The translations under genes and the position numbers were made by a program. Below the pieces are notes generated by a model, which saw only the letters and a list, made by a program, of their open reading frames with translations, ran no database searches and was not told the origin of the DNA. This document shows, piece by piece, positions 1-12,200 of a stretch of 64,000 bases of DNA. Where the stretch lies: contig OZ024742.1 in the NCBI GenBank assembly GCA_964016885.1, forward strand, positions 3,100,001-3,164,000, given 5' to 3'. The stretch's first letter is position 1, and each line of letters begins with the position of its first letter. Source of the stretch: Eledone cirrhosa. Its lineage: Eukaryota.

Positions 1-3000
1 AATGTTACCTGAAAAGTAACCCCAAGGAGAGAGGCTATAGGAGACGGATGCATAACATCTGGAACGAGATTGGTCTATTTAAATTAGATGAACAAAAATT
101 GGCCGGGCAGGCTCGGGTAATAAGAACTAATGGGTGGATAAGCGAGCTGGAACTGGAGGAACTGAGCAGAGAGATTAGCTTGGAGATGGAGAGTGGAGTA
201 TGCCAGGCAAACAAGCCAGTGGGAAATGAAGGTGAAGAGATCGAGAGAACGGAGGTACCACTCGAAGCAGACAATGATCTGAATACTGAGATAAATAATA
301 CCTGGAACAGAGATACGGTCACTGAGGAGATGAATGCTGACGGGCTAGGACAAGATTCGGTTGATATCCTAAATTTAGTGGTAGATGAATTGAACAATGA
401 TAGTGGGAGACCTATGAACCTAAGATTTGTAGACAGGAAAAAGTTAAAAGAAACAATAGCTAAGGTAAACAAAGTCATCCCATACCTTGAGGCGAGGAGC
501 CTTCACCAGTGCAACAATATCCTCAAAGCAACAGCAAATACGGTGAGGAAACTACTTGGTATAAAAGCGAGAGGAAACAACAGACAAGAAAGAGCAGAGC
601 CTTGGTGGAAGAAACGACTGAGTGGTCAAATCAGGGAAATGAGAAATGACATTGGAAAGCTTGAGTCACTACTGAATGGGACACTAAAAAACATAGGCAC
701 TAAAAATAGACTGGAAATAAAGTACAAAACTAGGAGGAAAAAGCTAAATATTATCATAGAGGAACTGAAGCAACGCATTGTAGCAAAGAGTTCAAAAATC
801 AGGCGATACGAGAACAGAGTCAGTCAGTATAAACAGAACCGCATGTTCAACAACAACCAGAAGATGCTGTTTGGACAGCTTGAGGGGAAAGAAAGAGGCA
901 ACGCCTTGATCCCTGAGGCGGAACAAACTAAAACATTCTGGCGAGGAATATGGGAGCAGGATGTTAGACATAAGGACCAGGCAGGGTGGATTGAAACAGT
1001 ACAGAGGGAGATCGATGAGCAGGCACACCAAAAACTGATTTGAGTATCACAGTTGAAACTCTTAAGGGGCAGGCCAAAAAACTAACCAACTGGAACTCGC
1101 CAGGCCCAGATGGTGTGCAGGGGTATTGGATTAAAAATATAACATCCCTCCACCCGAAACTGATAACCATGTTCAATGACTGCTTGATGTCAGGTGAGGT
1201 ACCAGAGTGGTTGACAAAAGGTACCACAGTTCTGATAATGAAAGACCGAATCAAGGGTAATGATGTTACCAACTATAGACCAATCATATGTCTGTCCGTA
1301 ATGTGGAAACTGTTGACGAGCATTGTGTCTGAGGAAATCTACCATCACCTCCACACAAACAACTTGTTACCGGACGAACAGAAAGGATGCCGAAAGAAGT
1401 CACGTGGTACAAAGGACCAGTTACTTATTGATAAGATGGTAATGGGGAATTGCAGGAGGAGACACACTGATCTTGCCATGGGATGGATAGACTACAGAAA
1501 GGCATTTGACATGGTGCCTCATTCTTGGATCACCAAAAGCCTGGAGATCTTCAAGGTGGCAGATAACATCAGACGGTTCCTGGGCAGGAGTATGAGGTCC
1601 TGGGAAACACAGTTGACATCAACTGGAGAATCCTTGGGAGGCGTGAAGATCAAGAGAGGTATCTTCCAGTGAGATAGCCTGTCCCCTCTGTTGTTTGTCC
1701 TTGCCCTGATGCCCCTGACCATTATACTGCGAAAAGTGAGAGCAGGATACAGGTTGGGAAAGGGAGGGCTTACCATCAATCACCTCCTCTTCATGGACGA
1801 TCTTAAGCTCTTCGGGAAGAGTGAGAAGGAGTTGGATGTGCTTGTTGACACTGTCCGTATGTTCAGCAGTGATATATGTATGCAGTTTGGTATTAGTAAG
1901 TGTGGAGTCAGTGTGATGAGGAGGGGTAGGTTGAGCAGAAGTAACGGAATCCAGATACCAACAGGTGAGATGATAAAGGAAATTGACTCTGAGGAAGGAT
2001 ACAAGTATTTGGGCGTTCTGGAGGCTGATGGCATAAAGAACAAAAAAAAATGAAGGAATTGTTAAGAACTGAATACATTCGGAGAATAAGGAGCGTATTG
2101 AAGTCACTTCTGAACAGCAGAAATGCCATAAGTGCAGTAAATTCCCGAGCTGTATCTATTATTAGGTACAGTGCGGGAATTCTGAGATGGACTGTTGCTG
2201 AACAAAATGAAATGGATAGGAAGACTAGGAAGATATTGACTATCTACAACATGTTCCACAAGAGGAGTGATGTCGATAGACTCTACCTAAGGAGATCTGA
2301 GGGTGGAAGATGTCTTATCAGCATAGAGGACTGTGTTCAGATGGAGAAAAACAACCTACACAAATACGTGACTGATAGTAAGGAGCCAATGCTCAGAACT
2401 GTACTGAAGGAGGGGACAATAGGCCAGGGGATGTCCAAGGAGGAAATAACATCAAGGAGAAAGAGCAGCCTTCAGGGAAAATCCCTTCATAGTACCTTCT
2501 TTGAGTAAACTGAATTTAGAGATCCACAGACATGGAACTGGTTGAGAAGAGGAGTCCTCAAAAAGGCTACAGAACGAATGTTAATGGCTGCGCAGGAGCA
2601 GGGCCTCAAAACGAAGTGGTTGAAACACCATATTTACAAGGAGGAGGCTAGCCCACTGTGCAGAGAGAGAGGAGACTGTGGCTCACATTGTATCCGAGTG
2701 TAAACACCTAGCCCAGACCCACTATAAGGGCTGGAGACATGATGTGATGGGCAGGGTAATCCACAGGCACCTGTGCAAAGTAAACAGTTTACCACACTCT
2801 GAGAAATGGTATGAGCATAAGCCAGAGGCGGTGATGGAGAACAATCAGGTGAAGGTGCTGTGGGATTTTAGGATACAGACGGACAAGAAACTGGAACACA
2901 ATAGACCTGACCTGGTGGTTGTGGACAAAGAAAAAAGATCGTGTCTGATTGTGGATGTGGCCTGCCCATTCGACACGAGAGTGCAAGAGAAGGAGAGGGA

Positions 3001-3220
3001 GAAAATTAACCGATACCAGGGCTTAAAGTGGGAAGTAAAAAGGATTTGGAACTGCCATGAAGTCAAAGTGATCCCGATTGTCATAGGCGCACTGGGGACT
3101 ATCTCCAAAAGTTTCCAGGGATGGTTAAAGAAAATCGGCCCCTTCACGCTTTTTGGAACGCTTCAAAAGGCGTGCTTGCTGGGAAGCGCAAGAACCCTCC
3201 GATACGTCCTGAATATCTGA
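1..3220 (+). pseudogene. Disrupted RT-RLE ORF of A1
   Basis: Split over ORFs 48-1043, 1040-1672, 1691-2053, 2050-2508 and 2678-3220 by frameshifts and premature stops at 1670-1672 and 2506-2508. Confidence 0.9.
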
Positions 3221-3294
3221 GGCTGCAGGTAGTGGCTTGATATTCATTCCAACGGACTTTCCAGTTAACTAACATCAATGACTGAGATTCAAGG
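1..3294 (+). mobile_element. Dong/R4-clade-like RLE non-LTR retrotransposon, copy A1 (5' end outside window)
   Basis: RT motifs (PGPDG, YRPI, DYRKAFDMVPH, GIFQ, LFMDDLKL) and C-terminal RLE motifs (RHD, LWDF, RPDLVV, DVACP, EK..RY). Ends in a (TAA)n tail. Near-identical to copies at 10447-13937 and 20165-23586. Confidence 0.9.
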
Positions 3295-3295
3295 A

Positions 3296-3326
<31 letters not shown>

Positions 3327-3327
3327 T
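3295..3327. repeat. (TAA)n spacer, tail-to-tail junction A1|B1
   Basis: aatagtaataat... run with one AGT interruption. Confidence 0.95.
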
Positions 3328-3571
3328 GCTTTCTTTATTAACCACAAGGGTTTACATAAAGTACACTTTAAGGACAGTGCAGTAGAATACAGGACGGTAC
3401 ACATGGGCATTTCTGCGTGTAAAAAAAACAGAGGATGTAATAAAATAACAAAGAAAGATTCCCCAATAGGGGGGAGACTTCCGAGGGACATTTGTTGAGA
3501 AAGCCCATTAAAAGACCACAGTGACCCTGACCACCAGGGCAAGTGCCCTCTCCCAGTTTTCCACCTTTAAT

Positions 3572-6500
3572 TTACAGACACATAGTCAGAATAGGCCCAT
3601 TCACTCGGGCCATACTTGCTTCTCTAACCCATCTTTTAACAAAATGCTTTGAAGAGAGCATTTCCCTCTCTACCCTGATTTTCCTTTTCAAATGAAATTT
3701 GAAAAAGTTAATCAGGGCATCACCGAAGAGGTAAGTGCTCGTCTTCAGCCCTTTCAAACGTGTCCACCATACTATCTCTTTCGCCATGGCCACCAGACAG
3801 ATAAAAACTGCCTGCCCTTCCCGGCTAAAGGAAGAGGGCGGGGCAATCCTCATGATGGACTCAGCTGATAGCTCGATCCCTCCTACACGTGACAGCAGGT
3901 GTTCGACATAAACCCACAAGTCAGCAATGCTCGGACACTGGACGAGTGCGTGCAGGACAGTTTCGTCGCCCTGCGCGCATCTCGGACATGCCCGGCTGAC
4001 CGCACCTCCATGCCTGTAGAGTTTATCCCGAACTGGCAAAGCTCCCCGGTAGCACTGCCAGGCCAGGGATTTCTGGAAGTTGTCCATAGGCCCCGGCCCG
4101 AAAGTCCTTCCGAAGAGATTGGCTAGTTGATTTTCGTGGACGCTTAGAGTTTCTCCAAGTACGTCGTCGCTCTTCCCCTCCACTAATCCTCTATAGAACG
4201 CCAAGGTGGAGTTTCCACCGATCACATTGCCCGATTGGTCGAGGGCTGTGAGCGCCTGAAAACATTCCAGTCTCCAAGCGCTCCCTCTCGGTCTTCGCTT
4301 CACCCAGGACTGCAGCTTCGTCAAGGAGACGAGCTGGGGAAAGACTGTCTAGCAAACGGCGACCACACCTGATCACCGTCGAGGAAGAGGTGGAGATGTC
4401 GTAGCCTGAGCGCGTGTCTGCGCATCATCAGCCACGGCATGCCCAGCCCTCCACGTAGGGGGTGTTGACAGCAGATGGACCGCCTGACCATCGGTGCGCG
4501 TCCCTCCACAAAAAGTGAAAGAGCAAACGCTCCAGCGCAGTCAGGCGGGGCTTAGGACAAGGTACGACGGTCAGGCGGTAGTAGATGACGGACGCGATGT
4601 ACGAGTTAGCCACCTCCGCTAGACATTTCAGAGATAGTTTCCTCTCGGCCCATTTCTGGGTGAGAGAAGCCACCCTGCTCGTCACCTCGTCCCAATTTTG
4701 TCCGTCTGGAGGTCCGCACCTAACCAGAACCCTAGTAATTTAACCGCTCCATCCGTTCAGCGCCCGACGACGCTGTTGGACGGCATGTACCTGCCTCTCC
4801 AGGTGCCCAGCTGCAGGCCCACTGACTTTTCCTGGTTGATCATTGCTCCTGTCACCGCTTCGTATTCTCTTAGTGTAGTGCCGATCGCCTCGATGTGTTT
4901 GGCGTTCGACACCACTACGGTGACATCGTCCGCATATGCTGACGCGGATCTTCTGCATCCTAGTTTGCGCGGGACGCCCCTCAATGTCTCCAGTTTGTGC
5001 AGTAATGGCTCGAGAGTCAATACGTACAAGAGGGACGAAAGGGGACATCCTTGGCGGACCGAGCGCCTGATGTTGAACGGTTCCGAAAGGTGACCGTTCA
5101 CTCTCACCACAGAGCAGATGTCGCTGTGCATGGCAGCAATCCAGCCTCTGAAGACGGGCCCAAAGCCAGCCGCCCTCAGGACTGCCGCTAGGTAACGATG
5201 GTCGACCCTATCGAAGGCTTTCGACTGATCTAAATTGATCAAGGACCCACCCGTGCCAGGTTCCCTAGCTACCCTCTCTACGATGTATCGCATGAGGTGG
5301 TGGTTGTTGTGGATGGATCTGTCGGGAATGGCGCATGTGTGCGCCTCTCCCACCAGACCACCAACGACAAACGCCAACCTCTTTGCTAGCACCTTGGCCA
5401 AAATCTTAGCAGAGTTAAGGGCCTAAAATTATCTATGTTATCCCCCTTGTTCGGGACCTTTATCAGCAGCGCCACAGCTCCTCGGCTCACAGAGCTGGGA
5501 ATTCTCGCGTTCTGTTGCCAGTTGCAGTAGACGTCCGCCAAGAGGCCTCCGAACAAGTCTGGCATGTGTACGTAAATTTCATAAGGCAGACCATCCAAAC
5601 CAGGCGATTTACCCCTTGTGCAGCTAGTCATTGCCTCCCGTACTTCAGCGGCTGTTATCGGCTTTTCGCAACACTCCGCCTCAGTGGCCGAGAGCCGCGT
5701 CAGTCCGTCGAGGTAGACACTAAAATCCATCCCTTGATACGGCCCGACGCTGCCCCCGAACAACTGAGCGAAGTGTCGCTGAAAATCTTCACACATTTGC
5801 CCGGGATCGAGTAGCATGCGCCCGTCGTGGTCCACCAAAGACCGGATCGTGGCTTTGTTGCCACGACGCGCCTCCGCCACTCGGGCCCATTGAACGGCTT
5901 TCGTCCCCTCGTGTCTGAGAGCACGCACCCTAGCTCTGACAACGCAGCCTTCGTGCTTTACATTGAAGAATTGGTCAAGGGCCAATTTCGCCGCAAGTAC
6001 GTCGGTCGCGATGCCTTTGCTAACCGCCTCGTCTAATTTTCTAACTAATTCTCCCTCTGCTCTATTTTTCTCTATTGCTAAAGCATTACTAAACCTAATG
6101 GACTCTATTCTAATTGCTCTTTTCAGAACAAACCACCACTTGTTGTTGACGATTACCCCCGTCAACGCCCGCTTAACTAGTTCGCTAATCTGGTCTCTGT
6201 AGGCCTTGCGCGCTGGTAAGGACGCGTTTAGCTTCCAGTAGCCGGGTCCTCGTCTATGAAGCCTATCTAAGTCAAGCACACAGATCACGAATTTGTGGTC
6301 CGTATAGCTGACTATCTTGAATTGAGGACAGCCTATGCTAGACCTATCTATTTCTCTACAAACTACTCTATCTAGATATGATCTGGATGACCCTATGCGA
6401 ATTGTCCAAGTTCACATTGGCACATTCAGGAAATCCAATCGGTACCTGTCAGACAGTTCAAAACGCCGCAGCAGGTTGGTGAGGCTCTTGCACCCTCCCC

Positions 6501-6978
6501 CCTATCCGCTAATTCCACACAGTCCCAGCGTGCATCTAAGATCCCGTTCCAGTCGCCCACTAACACTAAAGAGCGGGACGTTCCAAGAAAGGTCTCCAGA
6601 CGCCGGAAGAAATCAGGCCGCCCTGCTCCTGTCGGGGCATAGACGGCCACTAGCCTGAAAGCTTTCCCGTCTCCGCTTGTCACGTCTAACACCACCAACT
6701 TACCCTCTGGGTCCAGGAAGATGGCCCGTATGGCGAGATCCAAACCTCTCCGAAAAAGCACAGCAACTCCCCCTCCCCCTCGATCCCGGACGGCTGTGAG
6801 ATGCGTACACATCGTAGCCGCCGAAGATCGGTGCGAAGGCCCGTGCTTCGGAGATTCTGGTCTTGCTGATGGCCACCACATCTATGTTTAGTGACCTGAG
6901 GTCGTTGAGCAGGTGGCCCTGCTTCCATGACGACGCCAAGCCACGCGCATTTATGCTGCCTATTCTGAGAGAGGTCAT
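3572..6978 (-). pseudogene. B1 ORF2 (APE endonuclease-RT-zinc finger), frameshifted
   Basis: Fragments 6700-6978, 6426-6881, 5386-6288, 4757-5401, 4428-4685, 4321-4509 and 3572-4324 tile the intact 1139-aa B2 ORF2. YADD, GDWN and CPRC..H..C are present. Confidence 0.9.
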
Positions 6979-7012
6979 GTTGAAATGGAGTGGAAAAGAT
7001 GGGAAAGACCAC

Positions 7013-8971
7013 TTACCTTACTTCTCTTAGAGGAAGGATGGTTTGTCCATCCTTTTCACTGCTCGTGGCCTCCTCCGGAAGGATGTCCTTATAAATCCTC
7101 CTGGAGAGTGTTTGTCGGAAGTATCCGATGTCTTTGGGGAATTTTTGTTTTAGTGTCGTGAACGTTTTCTGTGTGATGCGAGTGATTTGTATGTGTGGAG
7201 GTGGTGTGAACTTTTTGGTTGTCGTGTAGTCTTTTTCTGTGGTGCTGGTGTTGTGTTGCATGTAGTGTAATAATTGGTTGTTGTTCAAATTTAATGTTGT
7301 GTAGTGTGTATCGTTTTGGTTGTTTTGTTTTGTTTGCGTTTGTTGTGGGTTTGTTTCTGTTACGCTTTTTGGTGACTTTTGTGGTGTTGGTGATGGTGGT
7401 GTTGGGGTTAATGATGGTGATGGTGTTGGTGTTTGTGGTGATGGAGTTGGTGATGCTGGTGTGGATGGTGGCATATCTGTCCTAACTTTTTTGTTTGTTA
7501 ATTTATTTGTTTCCCTCTGTATTTTGTTTTTGGAAGGGGAAGGAAGAGAATTTTTTTCTTTTTTGGTTTCTTTTTTTTTTTTTCCTGATACCGTTTTCTA
7601 CTCCTCGTCGTCACAATCTGTCTCCAATTGCGATAAGCCGGGGAGTGGAAAATCCTCCACAGGCGTTAGTTTTGGTTGTGGCGTGGTGGATGGTGTAGGC
7701 GCTGGTGCTAGTTCTGGCGCGTTGGGTGGTGGTGGTGTTGGTTTTGCTACTGTTGCTGGGGTTGTTGCTGTTACAGTTGCTTCTGTTGTTGCTGCTACAG
7801 TTGTTGCTGCCATTTCTGCTGCTGGTGGTGTTGATGGCTGAGTCACTGGGGTGTGTAATAAAGTTGGCCTCAACCTTTTAGCCTGCGGGCAGAAATCCCT
7901 TAGGTGGGTTCCTTCACCACAAACGACACACCTAGGTCTTCTGCCCTCTACGATTACGGTGAGGTGGCTGCCGTCAGTGAGGTCTATTACCTCTGGGATC
8001 TCCTCAATGCTTTTATGGTCCGCTTGGATCAGGAGCTCCATCCCAGATCCGGACCAGTTCTCCTGCTTTTCTTTTGCTATTTCTATTATTATGGTGTTGG
8101 CCTCGATGCCGGCGAGGATGGCAGCCATTAGCCAGGGAATTTCGATGTCCGGTGGAACGTGGGTCACCCTTATCTTCACAAGTCTCTGGCCACAATAGCT
8201 TGGGACGAGTGTGAAGTCGTCACTTCTTAATGGGGCCATGGAGTGTTTTCTGGCCTCCTGTGGTGTTTCAAAGAACACGTCCACGGTTCCATACTTCTGC
8301 CCACGTCTGATGTGGGGTTTTTTTGCCCACACATGTCCCAAAGCTTTTTGGATTTGGGACTCGGATGCCCGTTCCACTCGGCGCGATTTTATGTTAATTG
8401 TCCGCTAAGACACGGTGCATAGGCGACGTTGCTCCATTTTATTAGGTGTGTGTGTGGGGGGGGGGGGGGGAGTCTGAACCTGTACCTATCTTTCTTTACC
8501 ATTCCTTTGGCTTCTTCTAATTCCTCCTGAGTTACCTGGATCGCTTCGCACGTTTTTGCTATTCTGGCAAAACTCAGGGTAGTTTTCTTAATTTCATTGT
8601 TGCTGTTGTTGTTATCGTTATTTTTGCTATTGTTAATTTTAGTTTCAGTTTTTGGTGGTGGTGGCGTCAGTGGTGTTCGGTGTGGAAGAGTTCATTTTGG
8701 TTGAATTCATTTCGATATCACGAGTTAATTTTTTGTTTGTTTCTGTTGTCGCTGTGGTGGTGGTGGGGGTGGGGGTTGTTGCGATGGTGGTGGTGGCGGC
8801 TTTAACACCTGCAGTCATTGGTAATGGCGGGAAATGAACGTCTGCCTGAGACAAATTTAAAATATTGGTACTGCTTACATTACCAGTGTTGGCAAACGTA
8901 GCAATATTTACAATGGTGGTGTTGGTGTGAGGTGTTAGAGTGTGAGGAAGGAGTGGCTCTGAGACATCCAT
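7013..8971 (-). pseudogene. B1 ORF1 (gag-like nucleic-acid-binding protein), disrupted
   Basis: Fragments 8645-8971, 7598-8377 (CVVCGEGTHLRDFC knuckle) and 7013-7474. T/P-rich low-complexity linkers. A GT/G run at about 8445-8470 and an in-frame TAG near 8406 disrupt it. Confidence 0.8.
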
Positions 8972-9186
8972 GATTTTTCAAAGAAAATTTTTTGTTTGAT
9001 AATTATAAAAAGTTTAAATTTTTGGCTCAAGGCCCCAATATTTTTGAGTGTCCTTTTCAGAAATCAATGTATGTGCACTTTTATACAGTTAACAATAAAA
9101 ATTTTCTATAAATAGCAATTTTAAACAACTGAAAATAACAAACCTTTGCGGAGCTCACGATGATACGATTTACTACGTAGGTCGAC

Positions 9187-9201
9187 AATAATAATAATAA
9201 C

Positions 9202-9236
<35 letters not shown>
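9187..9236. repeat. (TAA)n spacer, head-to-head junction B1|A2
   Basis: Direct read. Confidence 0.95.
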
Positions 9237-9237
<1 letters not shown>

Positions 9238-12200
9238 GGGAGACGACGCACGTGGTGGATAGAAGGTCGTGAAATCGCTACCGTAAGTTTTGAATTTTTA
9301 ACATATTTAAATCATTTGCGAAATAACAACTCTTAGTACAAATGCTACGTAAGGCATCCGGCTTGAGCCCCAAAAAAATTCGGACCCAAAATATATTGTT
9401 ATAAGGCTCAAATATTCAAATATTCAACTTTGTATTGTACATTGTGTATTCAAAAAAGAAAATGGCTATAAATGGAAGAAGAAGAACCCCCCCCCCCTCC
9501 TCTGTCTACACTATATAGAACAGCCAAACAACACCAATCTCACCAACACCAGAAACTAGATACACCACCTACCCCATCACCTCTCTGTGTACACTAAACA
9601 CAACAGCCAGATAACGGCAACTTCACCACTACCACAACCAACCTCAACATAATAATGATAATAATAAATACTATTATTATTGTCCCAAGTTTTAACAAAA
9701 TGTTTAATTCCAACATTAAGGGAATTTATGTGAACACATTTACGCGACTAACCCCATAGATTCACCGAACGGACATCAGTAACGACAACGCCATCACTAC
9801 AGTCACCGCCGCCGCCACCCATCCATCATTACTACCACTATCCCATCACCGCCGCCACCACTCCTTCATTGCTACCACCGCTACAACACCATCACTACAG
9901 TAATACGATCACATCACCACCACCACTGCCTCAATATCGACATCACCACCACCACTGCCTCAGTATCGCTACCGCCGCTATTCTCTCCCATTGCTTCCTG
10001 CTAGTTGCTGCTAGCACAGCACTGTCACCACATTATAGAATTCCTACTAAAAAAGAGGAAGGCATCAAAATATATAGATAGACTCAAAAGAAAAAACAAA
10101 AATCAAAACCAAAGCAGCACAGCAACAACAACAAAAAACACAAACAGAGAAAAACAAAAACAAAAAAACGTAAAGAAAATAAGAATGAAGAGAGAAACAA
10201 GCGGACGGACAGGGAAGAGAAGGGAAAAACTAAGTCAGACATTCGAACACTACATTACAATGAAACTTATGCTTATTCATTTTTAGGGTTTTTCTGCCTG
10301 TTTGTTTGTTTGTTTATTTGTGTTCGTCTACAGCGTGGTGATAATGCCACACAAGAGCCAAGTGGAGCCACGCAACCACCGGAGACGGTGAATCCACAGA
10401 TGGTTATGTAACCATACGTTCGCCAATTCTCGATTAGAGTGTTTAAATATTGAACCTAAACAGTTTGAATAACGGTAAAATGGAGACTAGAACGTCATCT
10501 GACAGACTCTCACCCAACAGGTGCTCCCTGGCTCAGCAGCAGGGACCTGGCTGTCAACCAAATACTGCTGGTGTCGGAGGAAGTAGAAGAAGGAAAGGGA
10601 CCAGAACCAAGTGGACGAAAGAATTGAATAGAACTGTTATGCAATGTTACCTGAAAAGTAACCCCAAGGAGAGGGGCTATAGGAGACGGATGCATAACAT
10701 CTGGAACGAGATTGGTCTATTTAAATTAGATGAACAAAAATTGGCCGGGCAGGCTCGGGTAATAAGAACTAATGGGTGGATAAGCGAGCTGGAACTGGAG
10801 GAACTGAGCAGAGAGATTAGCTTGGAGATGGAGGGTGGAGTATGCCAGGCAAACAAGCCAGTGGGAAATGAAGGTGAAGAGGTCGAGAGAACGGTGGAAC
10901 CATCCGAAGCAGACAATGATCTGAATACTGAGATAAATAATACCTGGAACAGAGATACGGCCACTGAGGAGATTAATGCTGACGGGCTAGGACAGGATTC
11001 GGTTGACATCCTAAATTTAGTGGTAGATGAATTGAACAATGATAGTGGGAGACCTATGAACCTAAGATTTGTAGACAGGAAAAAGTTAAAAGAAACAACA
11101 GCTAAGGTAAACAAAGTCATCCCATACCTTGAGGCGAGGAGCTTTCACCAGTGCAACAATATCCTCAAAGCAACAGCAAATACGGTGAGGAAACTACTTT
11201 GTATAAAAGCGAGAGGAAACAACAGACAAGAAAGAGCAGAGCCTTGGTGGAAGAAACGACTGAGTGGTCAAGTCAGGGAAATGAGAAATGACATTGGAAA
11301 GCTTGAGTCACTACTGAATGGGACACTAAAAAACATAGACACTAAAAATAGACTGGAAATAAAGTACAAAACTAGGAGGAAAAAGCTAAATATTATCATA
11401 AAGGAACTGAAGCAACGCATTGTAGCAAAGAGTGCAAAAATCAGGCGATACGAGAACAGAGTCAGTCAGTATAAACAGAACCGCATGTTCGACAACAACC
11501 AGAAGATGCTGTTTGGACAGCTTGAGGGGAAAGAAAGAGGCAACGACTTGATCCCTGAGGCGGAACAAACTAAAACATTCTGGAGAGGAATATGGGAGCA
11601 GCATGTTAGACATAAGGACCAGGCAGGGTGGATTGAAACAGTACAGAGGGAGATCGATGAGCAGGCACACCAAAAACTGATTTGAGTATCACAGTTGAAA
11701 CTCTTAAGGGGCAGGCCAAAAAACTAACCAACTGGAAATCACCAGGCCCAGATGGTGTGCAGGAGTATTGGATTAAAAATATAACACCCCTCCACCCGAA
11801 ACTGACAACCATGTTCAATGACTGCTTGATGTCAGGTGAGGTACCAGAGTGGTTGACAAAGGGTACCACAGTTCTGATAATGAAAGACCGAATCAAGAGT
11901 AATGATGTTACCAACTATAGACCTATCACATGTCTGTCCGTAATGTGGAAACTGTTGACGAGCATTGTGTCTGAGGAAATCTACCATCACCTCCACACAA
12001 ACAACTTGTTACCGGACGAACAGAAAGGATGCCGAAAGAAGTCACGTGGTACAAAGGACCAGTTACTTATTGATAAGATGGTAATGGGGAATTGCGGGAG
12101 GAGACACACTGATCTTGCCATGGGATGGATAGACTACAGAAAGGCATTTGACATGGTGCCTCATTCTTGGATCACCAAAAGCCTGGAGATCTTCAAGGTG

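Larger units (their letters stand above)
3328..9186 (-). mobile_element. Tx1/L1-like APE non-LTR retrotransposon, copy B1 (apparently full length, degenerate)
   Basis: ORF1 with CX2CX4HX4C knuckle plus ORF2 (APE-RT-CCHC). AATAAA lies just before the 3' end on -. Both ends abut (TAA)n. Confidence 0.9.

Noticed and set aside
1027-1043. Programmed -1 frameshift in the Dong-like ORF (same break in A1 and A2)
   Set aside because: No X XXY YYZ heptamer in frame, and A3 is in frame here with one extra C, so this is a shared deletion.
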